A stretch of DNA of 60,715 nucleotides from Neoconidiobolus thromboides FSU 785 (taxonomy: Eukaryota > Fungi > Entomophthoromycota). The notes under the pieces are model-generated. The model saw only the letters and a program-made list of their open reading frames with translations, made no database searches and was not told the DNA's origin. The position numbers and the translations under genes were made by a program. The stretch spans positions 1-60,715 of the forward strand of contig MU626384.1 in assembly GCA_025603075.1 (NCBI GenBank), written 5' to 3'. Shown piece by piece: positions 12,033 through 22,705 of the stretch; the stretch's first letter is position 1; each line of letters opens with the position of its first letter.

Positions 12033-12176
12033 TATGTCTAAAGAGTATTACTGAGATTTTCATTATTTTTGAATAAATATAATTTCTAGTATTCATTACA
12101 GCCAATCAAAAACTAATATTTTGAATTATAGTATTTTAATTTTCGAAATTTCCAATTCACTTTTTAACTAATTTAA
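12033..12176. promoter_or_regulatory. 144-bp bidirectional promoter (OPA3/MRPL27) with a central CCAATCA at 12102-12108
   Basis: Head-to-head ATGs. Confidence 0.6.
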
Positions 12177-12552
12177 ATGTTTGGTATAGTAAAAGCACTT
12201 TATAGAGGGGCTGTAAGAGAGCCAATGATCCGTAAGAGAGGTCACAATTACTATAAAGGTACCGGTACTGGTTCTCATGGCCGTTTTACAAAAAGAGGTA
12301 AACAAATATAGTATAATGTAATATAATATATAATTGCTTAATAACGAAATAAACAGGTCAATATATGATAAATCCTTATAAAGTTAGACATTATGTTGTT
12401 CCAAATTTAGAAGGATTTGAGGTAAAATAAACTATTTGATTAAAGCCTATTAATAATTTATTATATAGCTTACTCCCTATGTATCACATAGAACTGAAAG
12501 AATTTGGCAAACTTTAACAAGCAAAGATTTTTTAAATAACCAAAAAGAATAG
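12177..12552 (+). CDS. MRPL27: Mitochondrial ribosomal protein mL41 (MRPL27), 3 exons
   Basis: KRGHNYYKGTGTGSHGRFTKRG|QYMINPYKVRHYVVPNLEGFE|LTPYVS across two GT-AG introns; missed by the ORF track. Confidence 0.9.
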
Positions 12553-12895
12553 AATAAAATATGGTACTTTAACTTTATCAACTGTATCATTACTTTACTT
12601 TTTTTCGAGTGATTATTTAAAGATAATAAGCTCACAAATTAAAAAAGGTAGCAAATATTGGTAACTACATAATAGTTTTTAAAAGATTTTAAACGTCAAT
12701 TGGAAATTTTAAGTTAAGCCTAATTTATAACACATAATATGCAATATACCAGACCTAATAGTTAAATACTATACTTTTTAATATAACCTTTGAAATATCT
12801 ATATACGTCATATGTAATAATAATACAAATTGTAATCTTTTCCAATTTTAGCTCTTTTTGTGGACTTATTTTTATTCAAATATGATTATAAGAAG

Positions 12896-14531
12896 CTATT
12901 GATGACTATTATCAGCATTCTGTGGGTCCTCTATGGCGTTTTTAGCTTTAAGTTTTCTATTTAAAGATCTTCTTCTTGAAAAAAGTCCGTCAAAGCTTCC
13001 AACTTCCTCATTTAAGTGCCCCTTGTTAACTTTCGTTTTCATGTTTTTGAGCGTTTCTATCTCAGTTGCTAATAACAAATCGCTTTCCATAACATAGCTT
13101 AAAACTAAAAATATTAATCACATCTGAAATTAGTAGAGTTAGTACCTTTTCCAGGTCTTCCAGCTCTTGCGGTTCTTCCAGCTCTATGTAAATAAGTTGA
13201 GATATTAAAAGGAAAATCAGCTTGTATCACTAAGTTCAGATTTTCTAAATCGATTCCTCTTGCCATTATATCCGTTGTACATACAATAATTAATCCTGGG
13301 TTTTTGTCTTGAAGCTCATCAGTTCCAGGCCCGAATTTTAATAACTTTAATTTATCTTCACGTTCTTTTTTTGGTAATTCTTTATGTAGATCAATACAAA
13401 GTATAGAATGATCATAGTTGAAAATAGTTGATAATTGCTCATGAAATTGTTTGACATTTTCAATAGAATTAAAAAACACAAGCGCTAGTCTAGGCAATTT
13501 TTCATTATGCTTCGGGGAAGAGCAGTTCCTTTCTTGTTTCAATTCGCCTATTATATGGCTCAACTTCCAGGTAAACAATTCACTTGAAGAAAGTTTATTG
13601 GGAGCTTTTATAAAGCTTTCACTCAAAGTATCAACGGTTTTGTGCTTTTTTCTAGAGTCAAAGTAAAGTGCTTTGGGAAACTTCTTTTTCAAGTAAGTTT
13701 TTATTGCTTTTTTAGATGAGGAAGGATCTAAAGAAGCCCCAACAAAAACAAACTGCTTTTGCTTTTCGAACTTATTTGCTTTAGTCAATTGTGCCAACAA
13801 AGCTTCAGTTTTTCCACCATAAGAACGTGAAAGAAGCAAGTCAGCTTCATCAACAACAATAGTATTGCAAGTATTAAGAGATTTGAGGGTAGTTTTGAAG
13901 GAAGATTGATTATCATCTACCAAAGCAGAAGGGGTTGAAATAAGGATAACTTTATTTTGTCCTTGATTATTTTGTAAAATTTTTGTTTTATCAAACGCTA
14001 TTTCTACTCTATTATTTTCAAGATGATATAAAATACTTTTGATTACACTACCAACTTGCCATGCCAACTCTTTATTTGGTACAAGAATAATAGCATGTGG
14101 ATGTTTTATCGGATAAATGGTATCTGAATGGATTATTTCTTGAATTAATGGGAGTAGATAAGCTAAAATAGATTAGATTTGATGTAAATTATGTTTAATT
14201 TTACCTAATGTCTTCCCAGAACCTGTTTCAGCTGTTACCACTAGATCCTTTTTTGTTTGGATTTTGGGAATTACCTAGATAATTAAATATACGAATTGAA
14301 AATAAAAAATATCTTTACTTTTAATTGAAGAGAGTTTGGAGCTTCAATACCAAACGTAGACAGGGCATTGGTAAACCCATGGTTTAAATTAAGTTTATTC
14401 CATAAATCTAAAATTAACTAAATGACTAATATATATATATATTAACTACCTTTTGAAGTATATGGGCGTTTATTAAATTTCAAAAAAAATGGTCGAACCT
14501 TGTTTAATTTCAGTTGGTAGGCAAAAAACAT
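12896..14531 (-). CDS. DEAD-box RNA helicase, probably mitochondrial (MRH4/DDX28-like), multi-exon
   Basis: Basic presequence-like N-terminus; Q motif; AETGSGKT, LVPNKELAWQ, DEAD, GAS, TDIMARGID and HRAGRTAR motifs; C-terminal FSRRRSL. Confidence 0.85.
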
Positions 14532-14573
14532 GTTAAAAAAGTAAAATAAAATAAATATTATTTATTTATGAAT

Positions 14574-15608
14574 TTAAGCTTCAACTGGGGCTTGTTCCTC
14601 AGTTTTAGCTGGAGCTGGAGCTGGAGTATCTTCAGGACGTTTGAAATCTTCTGAAATAGGTTCAGTAATTGGGACTTCTTCCTTTGGCTCAAGAATAGTA
14701 ACCATATCTGGAAGAGGTTTCTTTGGACCAAGTTTACCAGTTGGATCCCAGTCAAGCATAATTTTAACTTTAAGACCTAAAACACCTTGGCGCATAAGAA
14801 CGTGACGAACAGCGGTATCGATGAAATCTTTAGCTGGTTGACCGGAGTGAATCATGAAACCATCAGCGAATTTCATAGATTTAGCACGAGCAGCACGGAG
14901 TTTACCAGAGACAACAACTTCACAACCTTTGGCACCAGATTCCATAATGTAACGGAGGACACCATGGGCAGCACGACGGACAGCAAGACCGTTGAGAAGT
15001 TTGAATTTAAGAGATTCACATTGAGCAACGGCGCAAAGACCTGGAGCAGAGATACGTTCAATATAAAGCTCAACGGCATCTTTTGGGAAATTGAAACGTT
15101 TTTGAACTAAAGAAGTAAGTTCACGGATACGGCGTCCTTTTTCACCAAGTACCTTTTGTGGTTGAGATACTCTGAGGATAATTTCAGTACGGGCTGGGGT
15201 GACACGTACTTCAACACCAGCGTAATTTTCAGCGGCTAATTCACGTTGGAAGAATTCGTTGAGTTCGGCATAGAATACACCATCAGCTACAAACTATTGA
15301 AAATTTTAGTATACATTCATACAAATTGATATAATTAAATAAAAAAATTTTGTAGTATCAGTAGTTGATTGCGTGCATTAGGCTAAAATAGCCTTCAAAC
15401 AAGAGGTGTCAGAAAAATAATAATAGGTATCATCATACTACATTAAGATTGAATTGTGCTTTTGACTTACATATTGGTCCTTCTTTTAGTTTTTGTACTA
15501 ACTGAAGTCATACATCCATTAATAAAGCTTCTTATTCCGTCTTCAATCTTTTGTTTAATTAAACTACTCTTTACATACCTTACGTTTCTTAGAGATTTGA
15601 GCAGCCAT
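14574..15608 (-). CDS. RPS3: 40S ribosomal protein S3 (uS3); exon 1 15579-15608, intron ~283 nt, exon 2 14574-15295
   Basis: [10 protein letters not shown]|[15 protein letters not shown]...[29 protein letters not shown]...[11 protein letters not shown]. Confidence 0.98.
15351..15442 (-). ncRNA. Candidate intronic box C/D snoRNA in RPS3 intron 1
   Basis: On the sense strand: 7-bp terminal stem TGTAGTA/TACTACA, box C ATGATGA (15430-15436), D' CTGA (15409-15412), C'-like TGTTTGA and box D CTGA (15358-15361); 92 nt. Confidence 0.75.
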
Positions 15609-15823
15609 TTTATTAAGAGGAAGTGAAACTGTTAAATCAGTATTGACTTTTGAATTTCCCGAACATTCAAATATTCTCAACTTTCTTAATTTAGTAATAG
15701 CTACAACTTCGGTTTACTGCGTCAACTACGCAAGTAAAGCAAATTCTGCTAAGCTAATAAATTTCAAAAATCGTAAGTATGGAAAATTATTTATTCTAAA
15801 CATCTTAACTAAATTAAATATAT

Positions 15824-15920
15824 GGGGATGTTTTTTTTGATTTCATCACTTTTACATTTCTTAAGCGCTATTTGAGTGAATAAGTGCTAGTAAAATTCTT
15901 AAACGCGAAAATACATCTGC
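15824..15920 (-). mobile_element. MITE copy 3, abutting the left end of the transposon
   Basis: ATAT flanks; its right ATAT (15921-15924) is also the transposon's left TSD. Confidence 0.9.
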
Positions 15921-16206
15921 ATATGGGGTTGTCCGGATTGGTTTCAGCATTTACTTAGAAGAATCCAAATTTTTAAATTTTAAATTTGTGTCTAATGTGG
16001 CGGTTAAATCTGAAAAGCCTAAATCAAATCTCTCTATTTAAAACTTATTTTGAGTGTTTCCTTTTCTTAGATGGCTAATTTTCCTAATTACGTGTTTTAT
16101 GTTATTTCTGTTAGATATTTAATAGATATGTAACATATAACTATATGATTATATAATTATATAAATACACTTATTTGACTTTATTTTTTGTTGAAATAAA
16201 AATAAA

Positions 16207-17900
16207 ATGCAAACTTTCATAACTAAACCTCGAAATGGAATTTTTGAAAATTTCAAACAATAGGGAGGAGTACACAATATAAACATTGTAATCCATTTAC
16301 ACCAATTTTAATAGCTGCTTATAACAACCCAGGGTTTATGGAATTTTATAATAAAACAAAAAAAAGAAAAGATACATCATCAAAGTTTACTATCGATAAT
16401 AATAAACTTATCAAGCAATGTATAAAATTAGTGCTTTAAGAGAAACAGGAAATAAAAATCAACAAGTAGTGTTATTATCAACTATAGCTTCAGTATATTC
16501 TTTTGATGAATGTAAAAGTTTTGGGTTTAATATAAATAAAAATCAATATGGTTATTCAAAAATAAGTAACAATGATAATAAAATATCAACGTCACAACCT
16601 ATTATTAAAAATACAAGAAAAGTTAAAGATGAGCGAATTGAAACTATTATAAAATATTTACTAAATGATTTAACTATCTCATCAAGATTTAGTAAAAAAA
16701 TAATGATAACAAATATTCATCAGATAATATATACATTAAATAAAAGTAGAAGAATGATACATAGTAAATATTTTAATGATTTAAAAGATAAAGCGGTAGC
16801 TAGGTCAACATTTTTTAAATATATACCAAGTAGTTTCAAAAATCCAGCAAGAAAAACGGATCTATGTAATATATGTGCTCAGTATACAAGTTAGAAAAAA
16901 GTTATTTGAAAACAAAGCAGAGATAGAGGAAATTTTCAATGAAGAAGAAAATCATACAAATTACACAAATTCTGTGTTGATACTCAAAAAAACACATTTA
17001 ATGAAACTATCAAAAAATTAAATAATAAAAGTTGTATAATAATCTTAGATTTTAAACAAAATATGGGAGTGTTTTTTTTAACTTCATTATTTTTTCCATT
17101 TTTTAAGCGCTATTTAAGCGGAAAAATTGTTAGTAAAATTCTTAAACATAAAAATACATCCCCATATGGAAATAGGAACAAGACCAGATTTAATAAATCT
17201 AGATCATTATAATAAACAAGCTATATCAGTATTAGGTTTTGGTATTTATATTTAAAAGATAATAAAGCAATAGGCAGAGTTTACTTTGGTTATTTATCTG
17301 AAATATTAAATCATCATTCAGGATATGCAGGAGACTGTTCAATTGATTTAACCTCTACAAAGCTTTTAAAAAGTTTACAAAAATCAATATATGGGCAGAT
17401 ACAGGAAATCATTTTAGATCCCAAGAGTTCTTACATTATATATTTAAACAAATTCATAAAATAAATAGTAGTTTGAATGTTAATCTTAATTTTTTTGCTG
17501 AGCATCATGGAAAAAGTATAGTTGATGGACATTTTGGAAACCTTTCAAAATGGAAAAGTAGTTTTGAAGCGTTAGGTAAAATAGAAGATATCGATCAATT
17601 AATTTCAAGATTTGAGGCTTTTATTTGCGAGCATAATAAAATTAATAACTCGACTGTTAATAATGGGAAAACAGATATAATTTTTAAAAAGTATAAAAGA
17701 AATAAAAATACAAAAAGAATAATAGACATGCAAGGCATTAAGAAGTATTTACACTTTATTAAACACAACAATAAACTGCATTGTTATCCGGTATCTGATA
17801 CATCAAAAAAAGTGATATAGTTCCAATTAGAGTTATAGAGTCTATAGAAAACAGAAAAATTAAAAGATCGATCCCAGCTTACCTTACCAAGATAACAGAG
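16207..17900 (+). pseudogene. Frameshifted DDD transposase pseudogene
   Basis: RKTDLCNIC Cys motif (~16853); ILDFKQN (D at 17048), WADTGNHFRS (D at 17398), FFAEHHGKSIVDGHFG (D at 17524); several frameshifts and a MITE insertion. Confidence 0.8.
17065..17163 (-). mobile_element. MITE copy 4, inserted in the transposase gene
   Basis: Perfect ATAT TSD. Removing the element plus one TSD restores ...DFKQN-MEIGTRPD... in frame. Confidence 0.95.
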
Positions 17901-18246
17901 AATTTAAAAATTTCGATATTTACTAAGCAAGTAGCTTATCAAGTAATATAAATTAATCATTAAATGTTAATACTACTTAAGTTATTAATAGCTAAGTTAA
18001 TAAATAGTCAAAGAACAAGTAACTGTAATAATATGTAAAAACTATTATTACTTGTACTATATAGAAATCGTTAATTATGGTTTTGGGGCTAATTACTCCC
18101 TCCCATCCAGCTATTCATTAACTTAGTAATATATTGATAATGTAATCATAACATTAAAATAATTTATTTATTTGATAACAAATCTGCAATGTTGACTATA
18201 AAGTGGTCAATAATAAATATTTCTCAATAAAGTTTTATAAGAATAT

Positions 18247-18338
18247 AGGAGTGTTTTTTAACTTCATTATTTTTTCCATCTTTTAACCGCTATTTGAGTG
18301 GAAAACTTGTTAGTAAAATTCTTAAAAAAAAAATCCCC
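18247..18338 (-). mobile_element. MITE copy 5, inside the transposon 3' region
   Basis: ATAT TSD. The homologous site in the relic (ATAT at 518-521) is empty. Confidence 0.9.
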
Positions 18339-18739
18339 ATATAGTGATTTAGAACTGTGTCCGGATACTTTTGTCTTAATAAAAAAATTGGATAAAATAA
18401 TGAAACCAATTCAGACAACCCCATATATTAATTTTAAATGGAAAAAAATCGAAAACGGCTTCTGATAAGAATCATGGTATGAAGCTTAATAATAGATATG
18501 AATAGATAATACAGATTACTTGAAAATGTTTGTTTCTAAGCTTTAATATACTATCGCTTTTTTATACTAAATAAATTGTTTTATTTATAACCAAATATTT
18601 TTAAATTAATTTGAACTTGACTTATTATCACACTTCATTATAGTTTTCTCTGATATAAGTTGAGGTTAATTTTTAGAACTTAAAAAATAAAACAATATTA
18701 TTTTATAATATAAAAACAATCATTATTATTATATTGATA

Positions 18740-20270
18740 TCAACCTTGAGTAAGTTTTTGAATACGTTCATTTAAGCTAGAAAGCTTGGTTTCAATATTT
18801 GATACTCTACTATTAATAGTGTTAACTGCGCTATCGAGATTTTTAGACAGCTATTCAATCATTATTAGTATAGATAGTAATAACACATAAGTAGAATTAC
18901 CATAGCAGCTCTATCTTTAGCTAATCTCGTATCTTTATCGGCGGTTTTAATTAAAGATTCGATTTTATCAGTAATCAAAATTAAATCTAAAGCCTCATTA
19001 TGGAACCCGCCGAGTGCCTTCAATCTCGAAGAAAAGATAGGTGCTTGAAGGAGTAAAGGTTCCAACTTGTCAAAAACATCCATTAATTGTTCAACCTATG
19101 ATGAATTAATGCATGTTTAGTATAAAATTATATTATTGGTTATACCCTATTTGTTACTTCAATGTCAATTTCATCTGGATGAAATAATTCTTCTCTTCTC
19201 ATTCGATTATTTTCCGAATTGATGACTTCTAATTCAGCGTTGATACTTTTAATTTGTTTAATCACATATTCTAAATGGTGGCTATCTGCTATCACTTTCA
19301 TTAACTCATAGACTCGAGCCATATTTCCGCCAAAGTTCATAAATTCAGGCTAGTACTATTAGTTATGCAATGTTACATGAAGTAGTCTATTAATTTTACT
19401 ACATCCGCTGGCTTTTGGGTTTCGGGGCCAAGTAAAGATTCTAAACTTTTAATTCGATTTTCAATTTTATATGCGTGCGTTCCTTCCTATTATTAAAACA
19501 AAAATATACAAATAAAGGAGATTATACTATTACTTACTTTTTTATAAACAAGTTCAATAGGAGGTTGATAAACAAGTTCTCTTTTAGATGGGTCGTTTAA
19601 TTTTTGTAGACTTTTATTCACTTTTTCCAGTAGCTTATTACCCATAATACTATTGTTTCCGTTTGAGAAATAATCTTCTTTTTTTTCAAGTTGGTGTAGT
19701 TTAAGCTCCGTGCTTTCGATTGAGCTTAAAGTTGTATTTATATCTATTCCTTCTTCCATCTCTACATTTCCCTATTGCCATGTTATTTTGATATATTATT
19801 TTAATTACTAAATTACTTTATTGATATCATCTTTTAGTTCTTCTAACTCTGATTTTAATCTCTGAAGTTTTTGTTCTGGGGTTTCATACTTTCCTTTCGT
19901 CTTTTTATTTGGAACTGATTCAAAAGTATCATTATTTAAACTTAACGCACTTAAAATGTTATTCAGATCCATTTCGAACTTTTCTAAATTGAAGACTTAT
20001 TAATGAAATCATTACAAAACTTAATAAAGTACCTTCTTCATCTTCTATATCTGAGTTTGATTTAGAAATTGAACCTGGATTATATTCCATCCCCTTATTT
20101 TATATTAATATATTTCCATATAATTTATCAAAATTACTTCAATAGTATCATCTGGCCTTGGATCAGCAGTTTCGTATACTTCCGCAACTCTCTAATAACT
20201 TTAGTATCATATTTTATTAGTTAAAGTGCAGTACATTTTCATAGTCCATAGTTTCTCCTTGTTCACTCAT
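18740..20270 (-). CDS. DCTN2: Dynactin subunit 2 (p50/dynamitin)-like, multi-exon
   Basis: N-terminal EVYETAD; IENRIKSLESLLG; PIFSSRLKALGGFHNEA (like P.L..RL..L..LH..A); coiled-coil C-terminus ending LNERIQKLTQG*. Confidence 0.7.
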
Positions 20271-20438
20271 TTATAAAAATTAAATCGAACAATTAAAAAG
20301 ATGACCTATTTATATGCTCAACCAATTAAATGGTTTAAAACTTATTGATATTAAGGAGAGTTTGCTTGATATTGAATAGTAGGTTTTAAAAAGCATGGTT
20401 AAAACTCATCTTTAACTCATTTGAATAACAATATTAAA
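20271..20438. promoter_or_regulatory. 168-bp bidirectional promoter (DCTN2/INTS11)
   Basis: Head-to-head ATGs; CCAATTA at ~20323. Confidence 0.55.
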
Positions 20439-22373
20439 ATGTCTACAATAACTGTAATGCCCTTAGGCGCTGGCCAAGATGTAGGTAAAAGTTGTATCTT
20501 GGTAAAAGCAGGAGGAAAGACGATCATGTTAGATTGTGGTATACATACAGGTTTATATGATCATCGAAAATACCCCGATTTCAGCTTAATAAGTAAAACT
20601 GGGAACTATGGGGAGCACATTGATTGTATTTTAGTTACTCATTTCCATATTGATCATTGTGGCGCCTTACCACATTTTACCGAACAATTAGGCTACAATG
20701 GCCAAATCATCATGTCTCATCCTACTAAAATTATATGCCCTCTTTTATTAGAAGATAGTAGAAGAGTGCTTGCTAATAAAGGTTTAAACGATGTTTATAC
20801 TTCAGAACAGATCGCTGCTTGCCTTAAAAAAGTAGTTACGATTGATGTGCATCAAACCATTGAAATCGCCCCTGATTTTGAAGTAACTGCTTACTATGCC
20901 GGTCATGTAGTTGGAGCTGTAATGTTTCACATTAAAATAGGAAATAAATCCATAGTTTATACAGGGGATTATAACATGACACCAGATAGACATTTAGGTT
21001 CAGCATGGATTGAAAAACTAAGACCAGATGTATTGATCACTGAATCAACTTATGGTACCATGGTAAGGGAGAGTAAGAGAACCAGAGAAAAAAGTTTTTT
21101 GAAGAATATCTATTATTGTGTATCACAAGGAGGAAAAGTATTGGTTCCAGTATCAGCATTAGGGACACCACAAGAGTTATTTATTTTAATCGAAACGTAT
21201 TGGGAAAGAATGGGGTTAGTAAATGTGCCTGTTTATTTCCAATCTGTATTAACAATGAAAGGCAATGATTATTATAAGTTATTTATAAATTGGACGAATC
21301 AAAAAATTAAAGATACGTTTATGGAGCATAACATGTTTGATTTTAAGTATATTAAAGAGTACAGACGAGAATACGTTGACTTACCTGGGCCAGCAGTATT
21401 TTTCGCCACTCCGTCTAATATGGGTTTTGGGGGTTCTTTAGAAATATTTAAAAAATTATGTCATGATCAAAACAATTTGGTAATTATGCCAGGTTATTGT
21501 AATCCAGGAACTGTAGGTGCTAAAGTTTTGACTGGAGCAAAGGTGATTGATGATGGGCAAGGTGGACAAATCGAAGTGAACTTACAAGTAAAAAAATTAT
21601 CATTTACGGCACATGCGGATTCAAAAGGGCTTATGCAGATGATAAGTCATTTAGAACCTAAAAATGTAATTTTGGTTCATGGTGACAAGAAAACGATGCA
21701 CTCATTGAAGCTTCGAGTAGAGGAAGAATTAAATATACCTTGCTATGAGCCAGCTAATGGTACTGAAGTTGTTTTAAAAAATAGTGAAAATATTCCAATA
21801 CAAATATCTTCAAAAGTAATCGAAGAAGCTCATCAAAAAGCTTATAATGTTAGTAAATTAAAATCAATGAGCACTGTTGATCAATTTGATGATTATTTAC
21901 AAATCAATGAGTTTAAACCAAACCCGGAAATTGAAGTCGAAGGAGTGTTAGTTTATGGTAATAATAAAGACATAAAATTAATGACTCAAGAGGAAGCAAG
22001 GTTAAAAGAAACACCAATTGAACTTGGACAAGAGCTAGGATGCATAGTAAATAGTTATTTAGAATTGCCATTAGCTATAGAAAGAGAAAAATATTACAAA
22101 GACTATAACTTAGAAAGTTCATTTAAAAGAAGCTTGAATTTAATTGCTTTCTTATTAAAAAGTAATCAAAGTATTAAGCATATCGTGGATATTAGAAGTG
22201 ACTCTATTATTGTGGATTCTCTTACGATTAATATTGTTAGTGAAGATTTGATTGAACAAGGAAATCCTTGCTTAATGACTAAAGTTAAACTTACTTATGT
22301 CTATGTTATAGATAATACAGCACCTTGTAAAAGAGCGTTAAATGAGATTCAAAAATTTATAGTCAAGGATTAA
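20439..22373 (+). CDS. INTS11: Integrator complex endonuclease subunit 11 (CPSF3-like, MBL/beta-CASP), intronless
   Basis: LGAGQDVGKSCILV, DCGIH, YPDFSLI, THFHIDHCGALP, YAGHVVGA, ITESTY, NWTNQKIK..FMEHNMFDFK and FTAHAD are closer to INTS11 than to CPSF73/Ysh1. ATG at 20439 (the track used an upstream TTG). Confidence 0.85.
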   Translation: MSTITVMPLGAGQDVGKSCILVKAGGKTIMLDCGIHTGLYDHRKYPDFSLISKTGNYGEHIDCILVTHFHIDHCGALPHFTEQLGYNGQIIMSHPTKIICPLLLEDSRRVLANKGLNDVYTSEQIAACLKKVVTIDVHQTIEIAPDFEVTAYYAGHVVGAVMFHIKIGNKSIVYTGDYNMTPDRHLGSAWIEKLRPDVLITESTYGTMVRESKRTREKSFLKNIYYCVSQGGKVLVPVSALGTPQELFILIETYWERMGLVNVPVYFQSVLTMKGNDYYKLFINWTNQKIKDTFMEHNMFDFKYIKEYRREYVDLPGPAVFFATPSNMGFGGSLEIFKKLCHDQNNLVIMPGYCNPGTVGAKVLTGAKVIDDGQGGQIEVNLQVKKLSFTAHADSKGLMQMISHLEPKNVILVHGDKKTMHSLKLRVEEELNIPCYEPANGTEVVLKNSENIPIQISSKVIEEAHQKAYNVSKLKSMSTVDQFDDYLQINEFKPNPEIEVEGVLVYGNNKDIKLMTQEEARLKETPIELGQELGCIVNSYLELPLAIEREKYYKDYNLESSFKRSLNLIAFLLKSNQSIKHIVDIRSDSIIVDSLTINIVSEDLIEQGNPCLMTKVKLTYVYVIDNTAPCKRALNEIQKFIVKD

Positions 22374-22705
22374 TATGTTTATATTTATTTTTACTTTGTA
22401 ATGAATAGATTTAATGAACAAAGGTATTTTGTTGATTATTTTTACTATGATGGTATATAAGTTGCATTTTTATAAAAAAAATAAAGTCTAGCTATTTAAA
22501 ATCATACTAAAAATATTCGAATTAAATTTATTAATTTTTGTGATTTTCATCATTTTACATCTGTAGTTGAAATATAACTCAATCCATACGATGCTACTAT
22601 TATACTGAAAAATAAGTTTGGTATAAATTACTATTAACCATAGACTTTAAAAGCAAATTCGATTCCACGACTACTTATTCTAACAAAGTTAATAATCAAC
22701 TAAAT

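Larger units (their letters stand above)
15925..18422 (+). mobile_element. Full-length, decayed Sola-like DNA transposon
   Basis: TIRs GGGGTTGTCCGGATTGGTTTCA (15925-15946) and TGAAACCAATTCAGACAACCCC (18401-18422), 20/22 matching. ATAT at 15921-24 and 18423-26. Internal broken transposase. Confidence 0.85.

Noticed and set aside
13725-13750. DEAD-box motif III reads GAS rather than SAT
   Set aside because: GAT-type variants are known in mitochondrial DDX28-like helicases.
14558-15110. Alternative ORFs over RPS3
   Set aside because: Frame or antisense shadows.
15475-15518. Functional SECIS element (selenoprotein system)
   Set aside because: It lies in an intron that is spliced out, and I found no in-frame UGA in RPS3 or nearby genes. 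It is kept only as a possible K-turn fold.
15643-15840. 65-aa ORF in the RPS3 promoter
   Set aside because: TTG start, runs into a MITE, no coding signature.
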